The notes below the pieces were generated by a model that was given only the letters and a program-made list of their open reading frames with translations, made no database searches and was not told the DNA's origin. From positions 1 through 64,000 of the forward strand of contig JBBRNJ010000018.1 in NCBI GenBank assembly GCA_038230375.1: a stretch of 64,000 nt of DNA. Direction: 5' to 3'. The DNA is from Polyangiales bacterium. Lineage in GTDB: Bacteria; Myxococcota_A; Polyangia; Polyangiales; Polyangiaceae. The translations under genes and the position numbers were made by a program. Shown piece after piece: positions 52,220 to 61,194 of the stretch; position 1 is the first letter of the stretch; each line of letters starts with the position of its first letter.

Positions 52220-52801
52220 ATGGTCTGTGGGTCGATGTTCACGACGGCGCTTGCCGTCATCGTTGGGGTCGTGATCGTGAAGAAGATCCTGTTCCGGGCA
52301 TGGGCGCGTCGCCACGGGATGTCTGGCTTCGCCGGTCATCGCGGCGGCGGATGCGGTCCTTCCAGCAACGGCCGGTTCGGTGGCTGGGGACGCGGCCGCT
52401 GGGGCGGGGGAGGTGGCTTCGCAAGAGGACCGCGCGCGTTCCTGCGAGGGCTATTCATGCGCCTCGACACGTCGCCCTCGCAAGAGAAGGTGATCGTCGC
52501 CGCAGTCACCGAGGTGCGTGAAGCCGCGTCGCGCGCCAAGGAGAATGCCGCGCTCGCTCGGGATGACATCGCACGCGCCATGCGCGCAGACGTGATCGAT
52601 GAGGCCGCGCTCTCGTCCGCGCAGGCCAAGGCCGAGCGCGCGACCTCCGACGTGCGCGTCGCCATTGCAGAGGCGCTCCGCCGCATCCACGAGGTGCTTG
52701 ACCCCGCCCAGCGCGCGAAGATCGCTGACTGGCTCTCGACGGGCCCAGGCTTCTTCGGCGGTGACGGCGGCGGTGGTCCTTACCGAAGCGTTTCGATATG
52801 A
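52220..52801 (+). CDS. Spy/CpxP/heavy-metal-sensor-like helical protein
   Basis: GGAGG RBS; N-terminal TM, Gly/Arg-rich linker, LDTSPSQE and IHEVLDPAQRAK (LTxxQ-like) motifs. Confidence 0.78.
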   Translation: MVCGSMFTTALAVIVGVVIVKKILFRAWARRHGMSGFAGHRGGGCGPSSNGRFGGWGRGRWGGGGGFARGPRAFLRGLFMRLDTSPSQEKVIVAAVTEVREAASRAKENAALARDDIARAMRADVIDEAALSSAQAKAERATSDVRVAIAEALRRIHEVLDPAQRAKIADWLSTGPGFFGGDGGGGPYRSVSI

Positions 52802-52819
52802 ACGCTCCACGCTGAACCG

Positions 52820-53344
52820 CTACAGCGTCTTCTCGAGGATCTCGAACCTCAGGTCCCCGCGCTTTGGAACGCCGAAGCGCGGGTTTCCGTACGGGAACGG
52901 CTTGTGCTTTCCGGTGCGCGCGTAGCCGCGCCGCTCGTAGAACGCGATGAGCTCCGCCCGGATGTCGATCACCGTCATGCGCATCACGCGTGCGCCCCAC
53001 TCTTCCTTCGCGAAGCGCTCCGCCTCGGTCAGGAGCAGGCGGCCGGTGCCCTTGCCCTGGATGTCTGCGCGGACGGAGAACATGCCGAAGTACGCGACAC
53101 CCTCGGCTTCCTTCTCGAGGTTGCAGCAGCCCACGAGCACGCCGCCGTCCTCATAGAGCAGCACGCGGCTCCGTGGGTTCGCGATGATCTCCCGCATTTC
53201 CTGGGCATCCGTGCGTTGCCCTTCCAGGAAGTCCGCCTCGGTGGTCCAGCCCTTGCGGCTCGCATCGCCGCGGTACGTCGCTTCCACGAGGAGGACGAGC
53301 GCATCCACGTCCTTGTCGTCGGCGAACCTGAAGTGTGTACTCAT
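52820..53344 (-). CDS. GNAT acetyltransferase
   Basis: Start MSTHFRFA; GWTTEA, FGMFSV..QGKGTGR, FYERRGY. Confidence 0.92.
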   Translation of the reverse strand: MSTHFRFADDKDVDALVLLVEATYRGDASRKGWTTEADFLEGQRTDAQEMREIIANPRSRVLLYEDGGVLVGCCNLEKEAEGVAYFGMFSVRADIQGKGTGRLLLTEAERFAKEEWGARVMRMTVIDIRAELIAFYERRGYARTGKHKPFPYGNPRFGVPKRGDLRFEILEKTL

Positions 53345-53357
53345 CGTTCCGCTCGGC

Positions 53358-54164
53358 TCAAGCCGCGCGCAGGTGACCCAGTCCCATGCGCTCGGCGACA
53401 CTGTCACGGTAGCGCGTCCACATCGTCAGCGCGCGCTCGCAGACGTGAATCACGCCCTCGGCGATGGACTCGGACTGGTCACGCTCCAGGTTCGAGCTGG
53501 GCTCGAGGCTGGTGAGGACCATGCGCCACGCGTCGGAGCGATGTCCGCCCTCCACCTGCGCGTGGACCTTGCGCAGGACCATCGCGCTGACGGGGCAGCC
53601 GTAGTAGCGGGCGAGCGGATGAGCTGCGAGCGCGGCGTCGCTCGTGTCGCGTACGAACGTGCCGGCGAGCTCCTGTCGCTCGTTGATGCTGCCCTCCACG
53701 AACACGGTGAGCAACGCGACAGCGGCCTGCCACGGCGCCTCCACCGTGGTCTCGCGCAGGAAATCTCGGTACTGGCGGGCGGCGGGTGAGAGACGGGCGT
53801 CCTCTCCCACGTCGGCGAATTCCTGCCGAGAGAAGCCCAGGCCCTCCATCATGCGCAGGAACAGCTCCGGATGCGGCGCGGTCCTGGACAGGCCCCCGGT
53901 TTGCTCCTCGTAGAGGTTCTCCGCGAGGGACACGCGAATGTGAGAGATCGGCGGCACCGACCCCATCGCTCTTGCGATGAGCCACGGAAAGTCGCGCACG
54001 TAGACGGCGTACTCGTGGGTGAAGTGCGTGAGGAGCTGCGCCTTCGTGAGGCCCGGCATCGTGAGCGCCGGGTACGCGAAGTGAGTCTTCCGGTCCATCA
54101 CCGCAAGAAGGCGTTCCTTGGTCTTTTCTGCGAGGGGCGAGAGGTCGGTGAGGTCCGTCGACAT
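53358..54164 (-). CDS. Heme-oxygenase-like diiron redox enzyme (CADD/PqqC/TenA superfamily)
   Basis: ENLYEEQTG..HPELF, FVEG, HAQVEGGH metal-ligand pattern. Confidence 0.8.
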   Translation of the reverse strand: MSTDLTDLSPLAEKTKERLLAVMDRKTHFAYPALTMPGLTKAQLLTHFTHEYAVYVRDFPWLIARAMGSVPPISHIRVSLAENLYEEQTGGLSRTAPHPELFLRMMEGLGFSRQEFADVGEDARLSPAARQYRDFLRETTVEAPWQAAVALLTVFVEGSINERQELAGTFVRDTSDAALAAHPLARYYGCPVSAMVLRKVHAQVEGGHRSDAWRMVLTSLEPSSNLERDQSESIAEGVIHVCERALTMWTRYRDSVAERMGLGHLRAA

Positions 54165-54232
54165 GCTCCTCGGATCGTGTCACCGGGAACCAAGAAAGGC
54201 ACGTTTCTGGCGAAGTCCGGGCCTCCTCGGGT

Positions 54233-55528
54233 ATGTGCTGGAAAGTGAGCCCCACCAAACTGTCCCGATGCTCCGGAGGCGCGAGCCTCTTCTTGCTCGC
54301 GCTCCTTGCCGCCTGCCATGGCCAGAAGTCTGACGATCTCGCGTCGAAGACGGAGACGCGCACGGCCATGTTGAACGGCGCTGGAGGCGCAGCTGATGGC
54401 GGATTTCAGCCCACCCCGATCTCCTCGGGGCCCGCGCCCAGCCTCGTCGCGGCGCTCGGTCCCAGCACCACGGACTCCACGCAGACGCGCGCGCACGCCG
54501 CCTCCGCCGCCGCTGCCGGCGCGTTGATCGATATCGCGGCGGGCTCATTTCTCACCGGGAGCACGCCCGGTGATCCGGGCCGCGAGCCCGCGCTGGAGCC
54601 CGCGCTTGTGCCGGCCACGCTGAGCCCGTTCCAGATCGACGCGCTGCCATACCCGAACGACCCCGCGCAGAAGCCGAAGGTGGGCGTGACCCAGGCCGAG
54701 GCCGCGTCTCTCTGCAACCAACGCAGCGAGCGCCTCTGCACCGAGCTCGAGTGGGAGCGTGCGTGCAAGGGCGAAGCGGGCGACATGTTCGCCTCTGGCG
54801 CGAGCTGGGATGCGTCATGCGAGTCCGACGTTGCCTCGTGTGCGAGCGCTTCGGGCGTGCGCGGGATGGGCGTGCTGCCCGAGCACACGGCGAGCACGTT
54901 TGCCACGTCCGACAACTTCGTGGTGAAGGGCTCGCGCTCCAACGCTGCGGGCACCGACATCGTCGCGGCCAAGCGCTGCGCTTACCGCGGCAAGACCGAT
55001 CCGGCTACGGCGCGAAACGTGGGCTTCCGGTGCTGCAAGGGCACCGCGAACACCGTGGAGGTCTCGACCATCGAGTCGCGGCCCACGTTCCGCAAGACGA
55101 AGATGGACGCGGCCCAGTTCACGAAGATCGTCGCCGAGCTGCCGGAGCTGTCGCGACTCGGTGAAGGCCTGCGGTTCTTCGAGCTCGGTGACATCGCGAA
55201 CGTGACCGGCCGCTCTGGTGCGACACACGAGGGCATCACGTTCACGCCGTTCCCCGTTCTCTGGAGCCCCGAGCTGGGCACCGAGCTCCTGGTCGCCACG
55301 GGCCGCAGCAAGAGCGCGTCGTTCGTGGTCGCGCTCCATGTGCTCCCGCACGACAAGTACCGCGTCGCCTCCTCATTCGTGATGCTGAACGACGCAGCGC
55401 CGGTGGTACTGGCCTACGAGCCGTCCAACCGCAAGCAGCTCCTGTGGAGCGCATGCTGGGGCTGCGCCGGCGAGCAGGGCGCCATCAGCGTGCGCGAAGA
55501 CCACAAGGCGATGATCGTCCAGTACTGA
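54233..55528 (+). CDS. FGE-sulfatase-domain lipoprotein
   Basis: LLAAC lipobox; IAAGSFLTGS, IDALPYPN, RLCTELEWERACKG, GFRCC; start may be GTG 54245. Confidence 0.82.
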   Translation: MCWKVSPTKLSRCSGGASLFLLALLAACHGQKSDDLASKTETRTAMLNGAGGAADGGFQPTPISSGPAPSLVAALGPSTTDSTQTRAHAASAAAAGALIDIAAGSFLTGSTPGDPGREPALEPALVPATLSPFQIDALPYPNDPAQKPKVGVTQAEAASLCNQRSERLCTELEWERACKGEAGDMFASGASWDASCESDVASCASASGVRGMGVLPEHTASTFATSDNFVVKGSRSNAAGTDIVAAKRCAYRGKTDPATARNVGFRCCKGTANTVEVSTIESRPTFRKTKMDAAQFTKIVAELPELSRLGEGLRFFELGDIANVTGRSGATHEGITFTPFPVLWSPELGTELLVATGRSKSASFVVALHVLPHDKYRVASSFVMLNDAAPVVLAYEPSNRKQLLWSACWGCAGEQGAISVREDHKAMIVQY

Positions 55529-55530
55529 GG

Positions 55531-55836
55531 ATGAGCAAGTCGCGGAAGGATCGGCGCGAGGTGCAGCGCGAAGCGGTCAAGGATGCGAAGCGTCGCCTCA
55601 GCGTTGCCATGCGGCAGCGTGGTGGCGCGCCGGAGCTGCCAGAGCTCGTGGACTCGGCCTCGGTCATCGAGGTGATCGCCCGCGGCACTCCATGCGTGGT
55701 GTGCGGAGCCGAGGTCGCGGTGGTGGAGCACGAGGCAAGGACGCTCGTGGGGGCTCCGGTCCGCGTGGTCCACGTGAAGTGCCGGATGTGTGGGATCGCC
55801 CGGAAGACCTACTTCCAGATCGCCGCCGCCAACTGA
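55531..55836 (+). CDS. Small basic zinc-ribbon protein
   Basis: Start MSKSRK 2 bp after the upstream stop; CVVC..CRMC. Confidence 0.75.
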   Translation: MSKSRKDRREVQREAVKDAKRRLSVAMRQRGGAPELPELVDSASVIEVIARGTPCVVCGAEVAVVEHEARTLVGAPVRVVHVKCRMCGIARKTYFQIAAAN

Positions 55837-55891
55837 AATTCGCGGGAAAATCGCCCCGTACGCGCGAACCCGAAAAAAAGATCGCTTTGCT

Positions 55892-55917
55892 GCATCCAGA
55901 ATACGTCGGCCCACGAA
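55892..55917 (+). promoter_or_regulatory. SigK-like ECF promoter
   Basis: GCATCC-N15-ACGAA versus mycobacterial SigK CCATCC-N15-CCGAA; A-tract upstream; cognate-type sigma/anti-sigma genes downstream. Confidence 0.6.
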
Positions 55918-56130
55918 AGCACTGTTTGTAACGACGACACCGACGGTGCGGCCCCCAAGAAGGGCCCGCTGGCAACGTGGGCGGCGTTTCGGGGGTGGGG
56001 AGCAGCGCAGCGAAAGCCGCGCAGACGCTCCCTTCTACCTACGGCGGTTGCTTGATCTTGGCGCGGGTCTTCCGGCCCACGTCCGACATCCCATCGCCCG
56101 CGCACGCGGGCCACTTCCAGGAGAAAACTC

Positions 56131-57669
56131 ATGAAGACGATCCACTCGTTCGGCCTCCTCTTGTCTGCGCTCGGAGTCGTTGCTGGTTGCTCTGCCGACG
56201 GCTCGCAATACAAGACGGAACCCGGTCCCGACGGCCAGCCCGCAGCGGGGCAACCTGCAGGTGGAGGACAGCCTGCCTCGCAGGCCGGCGGCAACACCGG
56301 ATCGGATCCCACCGCGCCCGCTCCCGTCGCGCCCGCAGGCAAGGCGATGATCCGCGTCGTGCATGCGTCTGCCGACGCACCGCAGGTCGACGTCTATGCA
56401 AAGGGCAGCGCGACGCCGCTCGTCACGGGCCTCGGGTACGGACAGACGTCTTCGTGGATCGAGGTCGCGTCGGGCAAGGTCGAGGTCGAGCTCCGCGCGT
56501 CGCCTTCCACTGCACAGAGCCCGCTCGTCTACACCACGGGCGCTCTGACGTTGCCGGACACCGCGAACGTCACCGCGGTCGCCGCGGGGCTCCTGTCCTC
56601 TTCCGATACCGCTGATGGCTTCCGCGTGGTGCCCGTCGTGAACGCATTCGCCGCTGCCGCGAAAGGCACGACGCGCGTGCGCGTCCTTCATGCAGGCGCA
56701 GACGCCCCCGCTGTGGGCCTGGATGTGGGGAATGACGATCCCACGATGCCCGAGGTCGCAAGCCTCGCGCGGTTCGCCGACACCGGCGCATCCGGCGTTG
56801 CGCTTCCCTCCGGCAAGCCTCTGGCGATCGGCATCGACGCGGGTGGCGCGCGCGTCACTGCGTTCACGACCCCGGCGCTGCCCGACGGTGGCGACGTGCT
56901 CCTCATCGCGACGGGTCTGCTCGGCAAGCTTGCGCGTGAAGGCGGAGGCTTCTCGATCCTCGCCGTGGGCTCGAACGGCAACCTGGGCTTCATCAAGCAA
57001 GACCCGATCATCTACACGCTGCACGCGTCGCCGGATGCGCCAGCCGTGGACGCATTCGTCGGCGACGCGAAGATCATCGACAACCTCTCCTTCGGCAAGC
57101 TCACCGCGCCGATCCAGGTGCAGCCGGGAAGCTACGGCATCGACGTGTTCGCACACAGCGCCGGCGCCGCACGCCCCGCTGGTAGCCCCGCGCTCGCGGC
57201 GCAGAGCGGCAAGCTGCTGGCGGGCGAGCGGTACCTCACTGTCGCCACTGGCTTCCTTGCGCAGAACACGCTGTCGCTCCAGGCCGCACGTGAGGGCTTC
57301 GATCTGACCGACGGCGCCGCGCACCTGCGCATCGTCCACTCGTCTCCGGACGCGCCGGCCGTCGACGTCGGTCTGCTCTCCTCCGCAGGCACGTCGATCT
57401 CCCCGCTGTTCTCGAACATCAAGTTCGGCGGCTCGTCGTCGGACACCGGCCTCTCGACCATGCCCGCGTCGCTCCCGATCGGCGTGACGCCCGCCGCCGC
57501 CGACACCACGGTCGTGGCCCGCTTCACGGTCCCCGCAGCCGCGAACGAGCGCGCCTTCGTTGTTGCCGCCGGCGCGCTGTCACCGCCCCACGGCGCGCAG
57601 GGGTTCCGTCTCGCGGTGATCGACACCGCTCAGTCTCCTTGGACGGTCTCGCACGTGTTCGCTCACTGA
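56131..57669 (+). CDS. DUF4397-repeat lipoprotein
   Basis: AGGAG RBS; VVAGC lipobox; four repeats RVVHASADAPQVDV / RVLHAGADAPAVGL / LHASPDAPAVDA / RIVHSSPDAPAVDV. Confidence 0.92.
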   Translation: MKTIHSFGLLLSALGVVAGCSADGSQYKTEPGPDGQPAAGQPAGGGQPASQAGGNTGSDPTAPAPVAPAGKAMIRVVHASADAPQVDVYAKGSATPLVTGLGYGQTSSWIEVASGKVEVELRASPSTAQSPLVYTTGALTLPDTANVTAVAAGLLSSSDTADGFRVVPVVNAFAAAAKGTTRVRVLHAGADAPAVGLDVGNDDPTMPEVASLARFADTGASGVALPSGKPLAIGIDAGGARVTAFTTPALPDGGDVLLIATGLLGKLAREGGGFSILAVGSNGNLGFIKQDPIIYTLHASPDAPAVDAFVGDAKIIDNLSFGKLTAPIQVQPGSYGIDVFAHSAGAARPAGSPALAAQSGKLLAGERYLTVATGFLAQNTLSLQAAREGFDLTDGAAHLRIVHSSPDAPAVDVGLLSSAGTSISPLFSNIKFGGSSSDTGLSTMPASLPIGVTPAAADTTVVARFTVPAAANERAFVVAAGALSPPHGAQGFRLAVIDTAQSPWTVSHVFAH

Positions 57670-57698
57670 ACGTAGTAAAGGAGCCCCTCCGAGACCTC

Positions 57699-58253
57699 AT
57701 GCTGCCCGTGCTCCTTCCCCGCATCGCGAATGGCGACAAGACAGCCGTTCGCGAGTGCATCGCGCGATATGGCGGCCTCGTATGGTCGCTCGCGCGGCGG
57801 CTATCGCCGAACGACGCGGAGGACGCGGTCCAGGACATCTTCGTGGACCTCTGGAAGAGCGCGAGCAGGTTCGACCCCCAGGCGGGAACAGAGGTCACGT
57901 GGATCGCCACCATCGCGCGCCGCCGGCTCATCGACCGGCGGCGCAAGGTGCGGCGAGACCCCCAGACCGAGGCGCTCAGCGACCACCTCCCCAGTGAGGG
58001 TCAGATGCCCGCCGAGGTCGGCGCCGAGGCCAATTTTGCGGCCCGCGCGGTCTCGCAGCTCCGCCCCGAGCAGCGCCAGGTGCTGGTCCTCACCACGTGC
58101 CATGGCCTGACCCACGAGGAAGTGTCGGCGGCCACCGGGATGCCGCTCGGCACGGTGAAGGCGCACGCACGACGCGGGCTGATGGTCGTACGCGATGCGC
58201 TCGGGCTCGGCGATCCAAACGCCCCGGCCCAGCGTACGGAGGGGTGGACATGA
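57699..58253 (+). CDS. ECF sigma factor (SigK-like)
   Basis: Start MLPVLL; DAEDAVQDIF, TWIATIARRRLID, GLTHEEV..PLGTVKAHARRG. Confidence 0.93.
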   Translation: MLPVLLPRIANGDKTAVRECIARYGGLVWSLARRLSPNDAEDAVQDIFVDLWKSASRFDPQAGTEVTWIATIARRRLIDRRRKVRRDPQTEALSDHLPSEGQMPAEVGAEANFAARAVSQLRPEQRQVLVLTTCHGLTHEEVSAATGMPLGTVKAHARRGLMVVRDALGLGDPNAPAQRTEGWT

Positions 58254-59140
58254 ATTCGATGTTCGACAGAGACGCTCGCCTCCGCGAGCTCTACTGCGAT
58301 GCAGCGCTGGTCGGTCTGGATGCAGCGGAGCAGGCACAGCTGGCGCAGCTGCTGGCGGAGACGGGGCGACGCCCTGGTAGTCCGGAGGAGCAGAGCTACG
58401 AGCGCGTCGTGATCGCGATCGCACTCGCAGGCGCGGCGTCCCGTCCGGAGCCCATGTCACCGGCGCTCGCAGAGAAGGTGGCGATGCGCGCGTTCGAGGT
58501 GATGAGCTCGCCCATGTCGGCACCCATGTCGGGACCGATGGGCCCGCCGAGGTCTGCGCCCGTCGTGCAGCTGTCGTCGCGACGGTTCCGGACGGTCGCG
58601 ATCGTGGGATGGATCGCCGCCGCGGCGTGCTTGCTGCTCGCAGTGGGCGCGATCGTGAAGCGCCCGCGCGAGGTGGTCGTGACGAATACGGTCGTGGTGC
58701 CGGCAAGCGCTCCCACCATGATCGCTCCGCCGCCGCGCGAACGCCCGGAGGCGCAGCGTCAGGCGCTGCTCGCGCGGCCAGGCACGGTGAAGATGGAGTG
58801 GGCGGCCACGAAGGATCCGGCGTCCAAGGTCGCCACCGGTGACGTCGTGTGGAACGCGAAGGAGCAGACTGGCTTCATGACGTTCCGCGGGTTGGCGAAG
58901 AACGATCCGGGAAGCTTGCAGTACCAGCTGTGGATCTTCGACAAGTCGCGCGACGCTCGTTATCCCGTGGATGGCGGCGTGTTCGACATCGACAATGAGA
59001 CTGGTGATGTGGTCGTCGCATTTCATGGGCGGGTGCCCGTCGGAGACGCGAACCTGTTTGCGGTGACTGTGGAAAAGCCAGGCGGGGTGGTCGTTTCGAA
59101 GCGGGAGCGGATCGTGCTGACCGCCAAGCCTGCCGTGTAG
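58250..59140 (+). CDS. RskA-like anti-sigma factor
   Basis: ATGA overlap; TM GWIAAAACLLLAV; QYQLWI, DGGVF, FAVTVEKPGG. Confidence 0.9.
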   Translation: MNSMFDRDARLRELYCDAALVGLDAAEQAQLAQLLAETGRRPGSPEEQSYERVVIAIALAGAASRPEPMSPALAEKVAMRAFEVMSSPMSAPMSGPMGPPRSAPVVQLSSRRFRTVAIVGWIAAAACLLLAVGAIVKRPREVVVTNTVVVPASAPTMIAPPPRERPEAQRQALLARPGTVKMEWAATKDPASKVATGDVVWNAKEQTGFMTFRGLAKNDPGSLQYQLWIFDKSRDARYPVDGGVFDIDNETGDVVVAFHGRVPVGDANLFAVTVEKPGGVVVSKRERIVLTAKPAV

Positions 59141-59157
59141 TGCGGGCGGTGGGGCGG

Positions 59158-59190
59158 GCACGTTCACGTTCAGGTTCAGGTTCACGTTTG
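59158..59190. repeat. Intergenic hexamer repeat (GTTCAC/GTTCAG)n between convergent genes
   Basis: cacgttcacgttcaggttcaggttcacgtt. Confidence 0.75.
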
Positions 59191-59194
59191 CGGG

Positions 59195-60253
59195 TCAGAG
59201 GGAGAGGACCTTGTCTTCTCCGAGTGACTTCAGCTTTGCGTCTACGATGCCGAGGAGCTGATCGCGGCGGGACAGGAGCGAGCGGCGCTGCTGTTCGGTG
59301 AGCAGAGGGGCGCCGGTCTCGTCCAGGCCCAGCGCTCGGTCCAGCGACGTGGCGTCCAGCTTTCGCGTGGCTTCGATCAGGGCTCTCGGGAAGCGGTCGG
59401 CTCCGTTCACCAGCGTCAGGTGCTCCTTCACCAGTTTCTCGGGGACTGGTTCGAAGAACGCACCGTCGTTGTCCACGAAGAGCAGGTGCTGCTTCTCCGC
59501 GTCGAGCCCGACGTTCGCTCCGCTCCACCGATCCCAGTTGCCGGTCAGCGTGTCGAACACGAGCAGTGACGATATCTCTGGCGCTAGCTCGTGCTGCGGG
59601 CCGTCCGGCGTCGCGCCCGCACGCAGCCACGCGCGCCACCGCGAGCGAAGCGGCTCCGCCTCGAGCGGGATGAACGACAGCCCCGTGATCCACGGCATCA
59701 GGGCGCCGCGCACCTTCCCGTCGTGCGTCTTCACCTCTGCGTCGAAGAGCGTCTGCCCGTCCGCGTTGCTCGCCGCACGAAGCGCGTTTGCCGGAAGCGA
59801 CACGAGCAGCGCCGGCGGAACGTTCGTGATGCCCAGCACGCTCTGCAACCGAAACGCCGCCGCCTCGCTCCGGTATCGAAGCCGCCCACGCGAAGACTCC
59901 GGCTTGAACGCAGCCACACGCCCATCATCGAAGGTGATCTTGAAGACGACGGAGGTGTGACCGATCGGCTTCGCCGATTTGATCGTCGCGTCAGCGAAAT
60001 TTTCGGCGGTCGAGAGTGAGGTCGAGGTCGAGGTCGAGGTCGAGGTCGAGGTCGAGGTCGAGGGTGAGGTCGAGGTCGAGGTCGAGGGTGAGGTCGAGGT
60101 CGAGGTCGAGGTCGAGGTCGAGGTCGAGGTCGAGGTCGAAGTCGAGGTCGTCGTCGTCGTCGTCGTCGTCGTCGATCCGCTCTTGCACGCCACGCCCAGC
60201 GCCATTGCGGCGATCAGCGTGTGCGCGAGCGCGCTACGCGAGGATGCGGTCAC
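59195..60253 (-). CDS. Lipoprotein with FAM20C/four-jointed-like atypical kinase domain
   Basis: LGVAC lipobox, Thr/Ser linker, AAFKP, SEAAAFRL..LG..VPP, FDTLTGNWDR, FVDN. Confidence 0.8.
   Translation of the reverse strand: MTASSRSALAHTLIAAMALGVACKSGSTTTTTTTTTSTSTSTSTSTSTSTSTSTSPSTSTSTSPSTSTSTSTSTSTSTSLSTAENFADATIKSAKPIGHTSVVFKITFDDGRVAAFKPESSRGRLRYRSEAAAFRLQSVLGITNVPPALLVSLPANALRAASNADGQTLFDAEVKTHDGKVRGALMPWITGLSFIPLEAEPLRSRWRAWLRAGATPDGPQHELAPEISSLLVFDTLTGNWDRWSGANVGLDAEKQHLLFVDNDGAFFEPVPEKLVKEHLTLVNGADRFPRALIEATRKLDATSLDRALGLDETGAPLLTEQQRRSLLSRRDQLLGIVDAKLKSLGEDKVLSL
60009..60174. repeat. (GTCGAG)n plus (GTC)n microsatellite encoding a Thr/Ser linker
   Basis: About 165 bp of tandem hexamers and trimers. 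Confidence 0.95.
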
Positions 60254-61187
60254 GGATGAACGCCGTTACTCGTTCGTTGACGAGCTCGGGTTGTTCGATG
60301 GCCGCGACGTGGCTGCCGCCCTTCACCATCAGGAGCTCCGCCTTCGGGATGGTCTCCGCCATGTGCTCGGACAGGGCCGGCGGCGTGAACGTGTCCTTCT
60401 CTCCTGCGATGATGAGCACGGGAATGTCGATCTTCGCCATGTACTCCTCGGCGGTGTGATTGCCCGCCGCCCGCAGCATCTTCAGGAACATCGGAAAATC
60501 CACGTGCGTCATGTGCTTCAGGTACGGGAGCATGTCGTCCGCATGCACCTTGTCCGGATCGACGTCGCGCGCACGGAGCGCAAGCTTCAATGCGACCTCG
60601 GGTGGGATGCGAGACCACAGCGCACGGACGATGTCCGGCTGCTTCTCCACGATGTCCATCAGCTTGGGCAGGATGAGGTCGAGCAGCGGCATGCCGCGGA
60701 ACGACTGCGTCACCTTCCCGAAGCTCCCGCAGATCAGCACCAGTCCACGGACCTTGTCCGGATAGAGGTGCACCTCCTCCAGCGCGACCTGGGTTCCCAT
60801 CGAGTGTCCGAGGATCACGCACGGCGGATCCGACACATGCAGCCGCACGCTGTGAAGGTCCGCCGCATGTGCAGGGATGTCGATGAGGTCCGGATTTTCG
60901 GGCGCACTGCTGCGCCCATGGCCCCGGTAGTGCCAGTGCGTGAGCTGAAGCAGCTTCCCTACCTCGTCGTAGAGGTACTTCCAGATGAAGCCGTCGCAGA
61001 GAATCCCGTCGCAAAAGAAGGCGGTAGGCGTGTTTGCGCCAAAACCACCCCGATCAACGCTGGGAACGCCGGCCGGATGAACCGGCCTCGCCCTCACGAA
61101 CAGTCGCGTGCCGTCCGTTGCCGTAGCGAAGGAGTGTTCCTCGTCCGCCGGGAAACCCGACGGCGGTGGAACACTGTGACTCTTCAC
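60234..61187 (-). CDS. Alpha/beta-fold hydrolase
   Basis: Start GTG (VKSHSV); YRGHGRS, GHSMG nucleophile, GEKDTFTP, GSH. Confidence 0.92.
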   Translation of the reverse strand: MKSHSVPPPSGFPADEEHSFATATDGTRLFVRARPVHPAGVPSVDRGGFGANTPTAFFCDGILCDGFIWKYLYDEVGKLLQLTHWHYRGHGRSSAPENPDLIDIPAHAADLHSVRLHVSDPPCVILGHSMGTQVALEEVHLYPDKVRGLVLICGSFGKVTQSFRGMPLLDLILPKLMDIVEKQPDIVRALWSRIPPEVALKLALRARDVDPDKVHADDMLPYLKHMTHVDFPMFLKMLRAAGNHTAEEYMAKIDIPVLIIAGEKDTFTPPALSEHMAETIPKAELLMVKGGSHVAAIEQPELVNERVTAFIRDRILA

Positions 61188-61194
61188 GTTTCGC

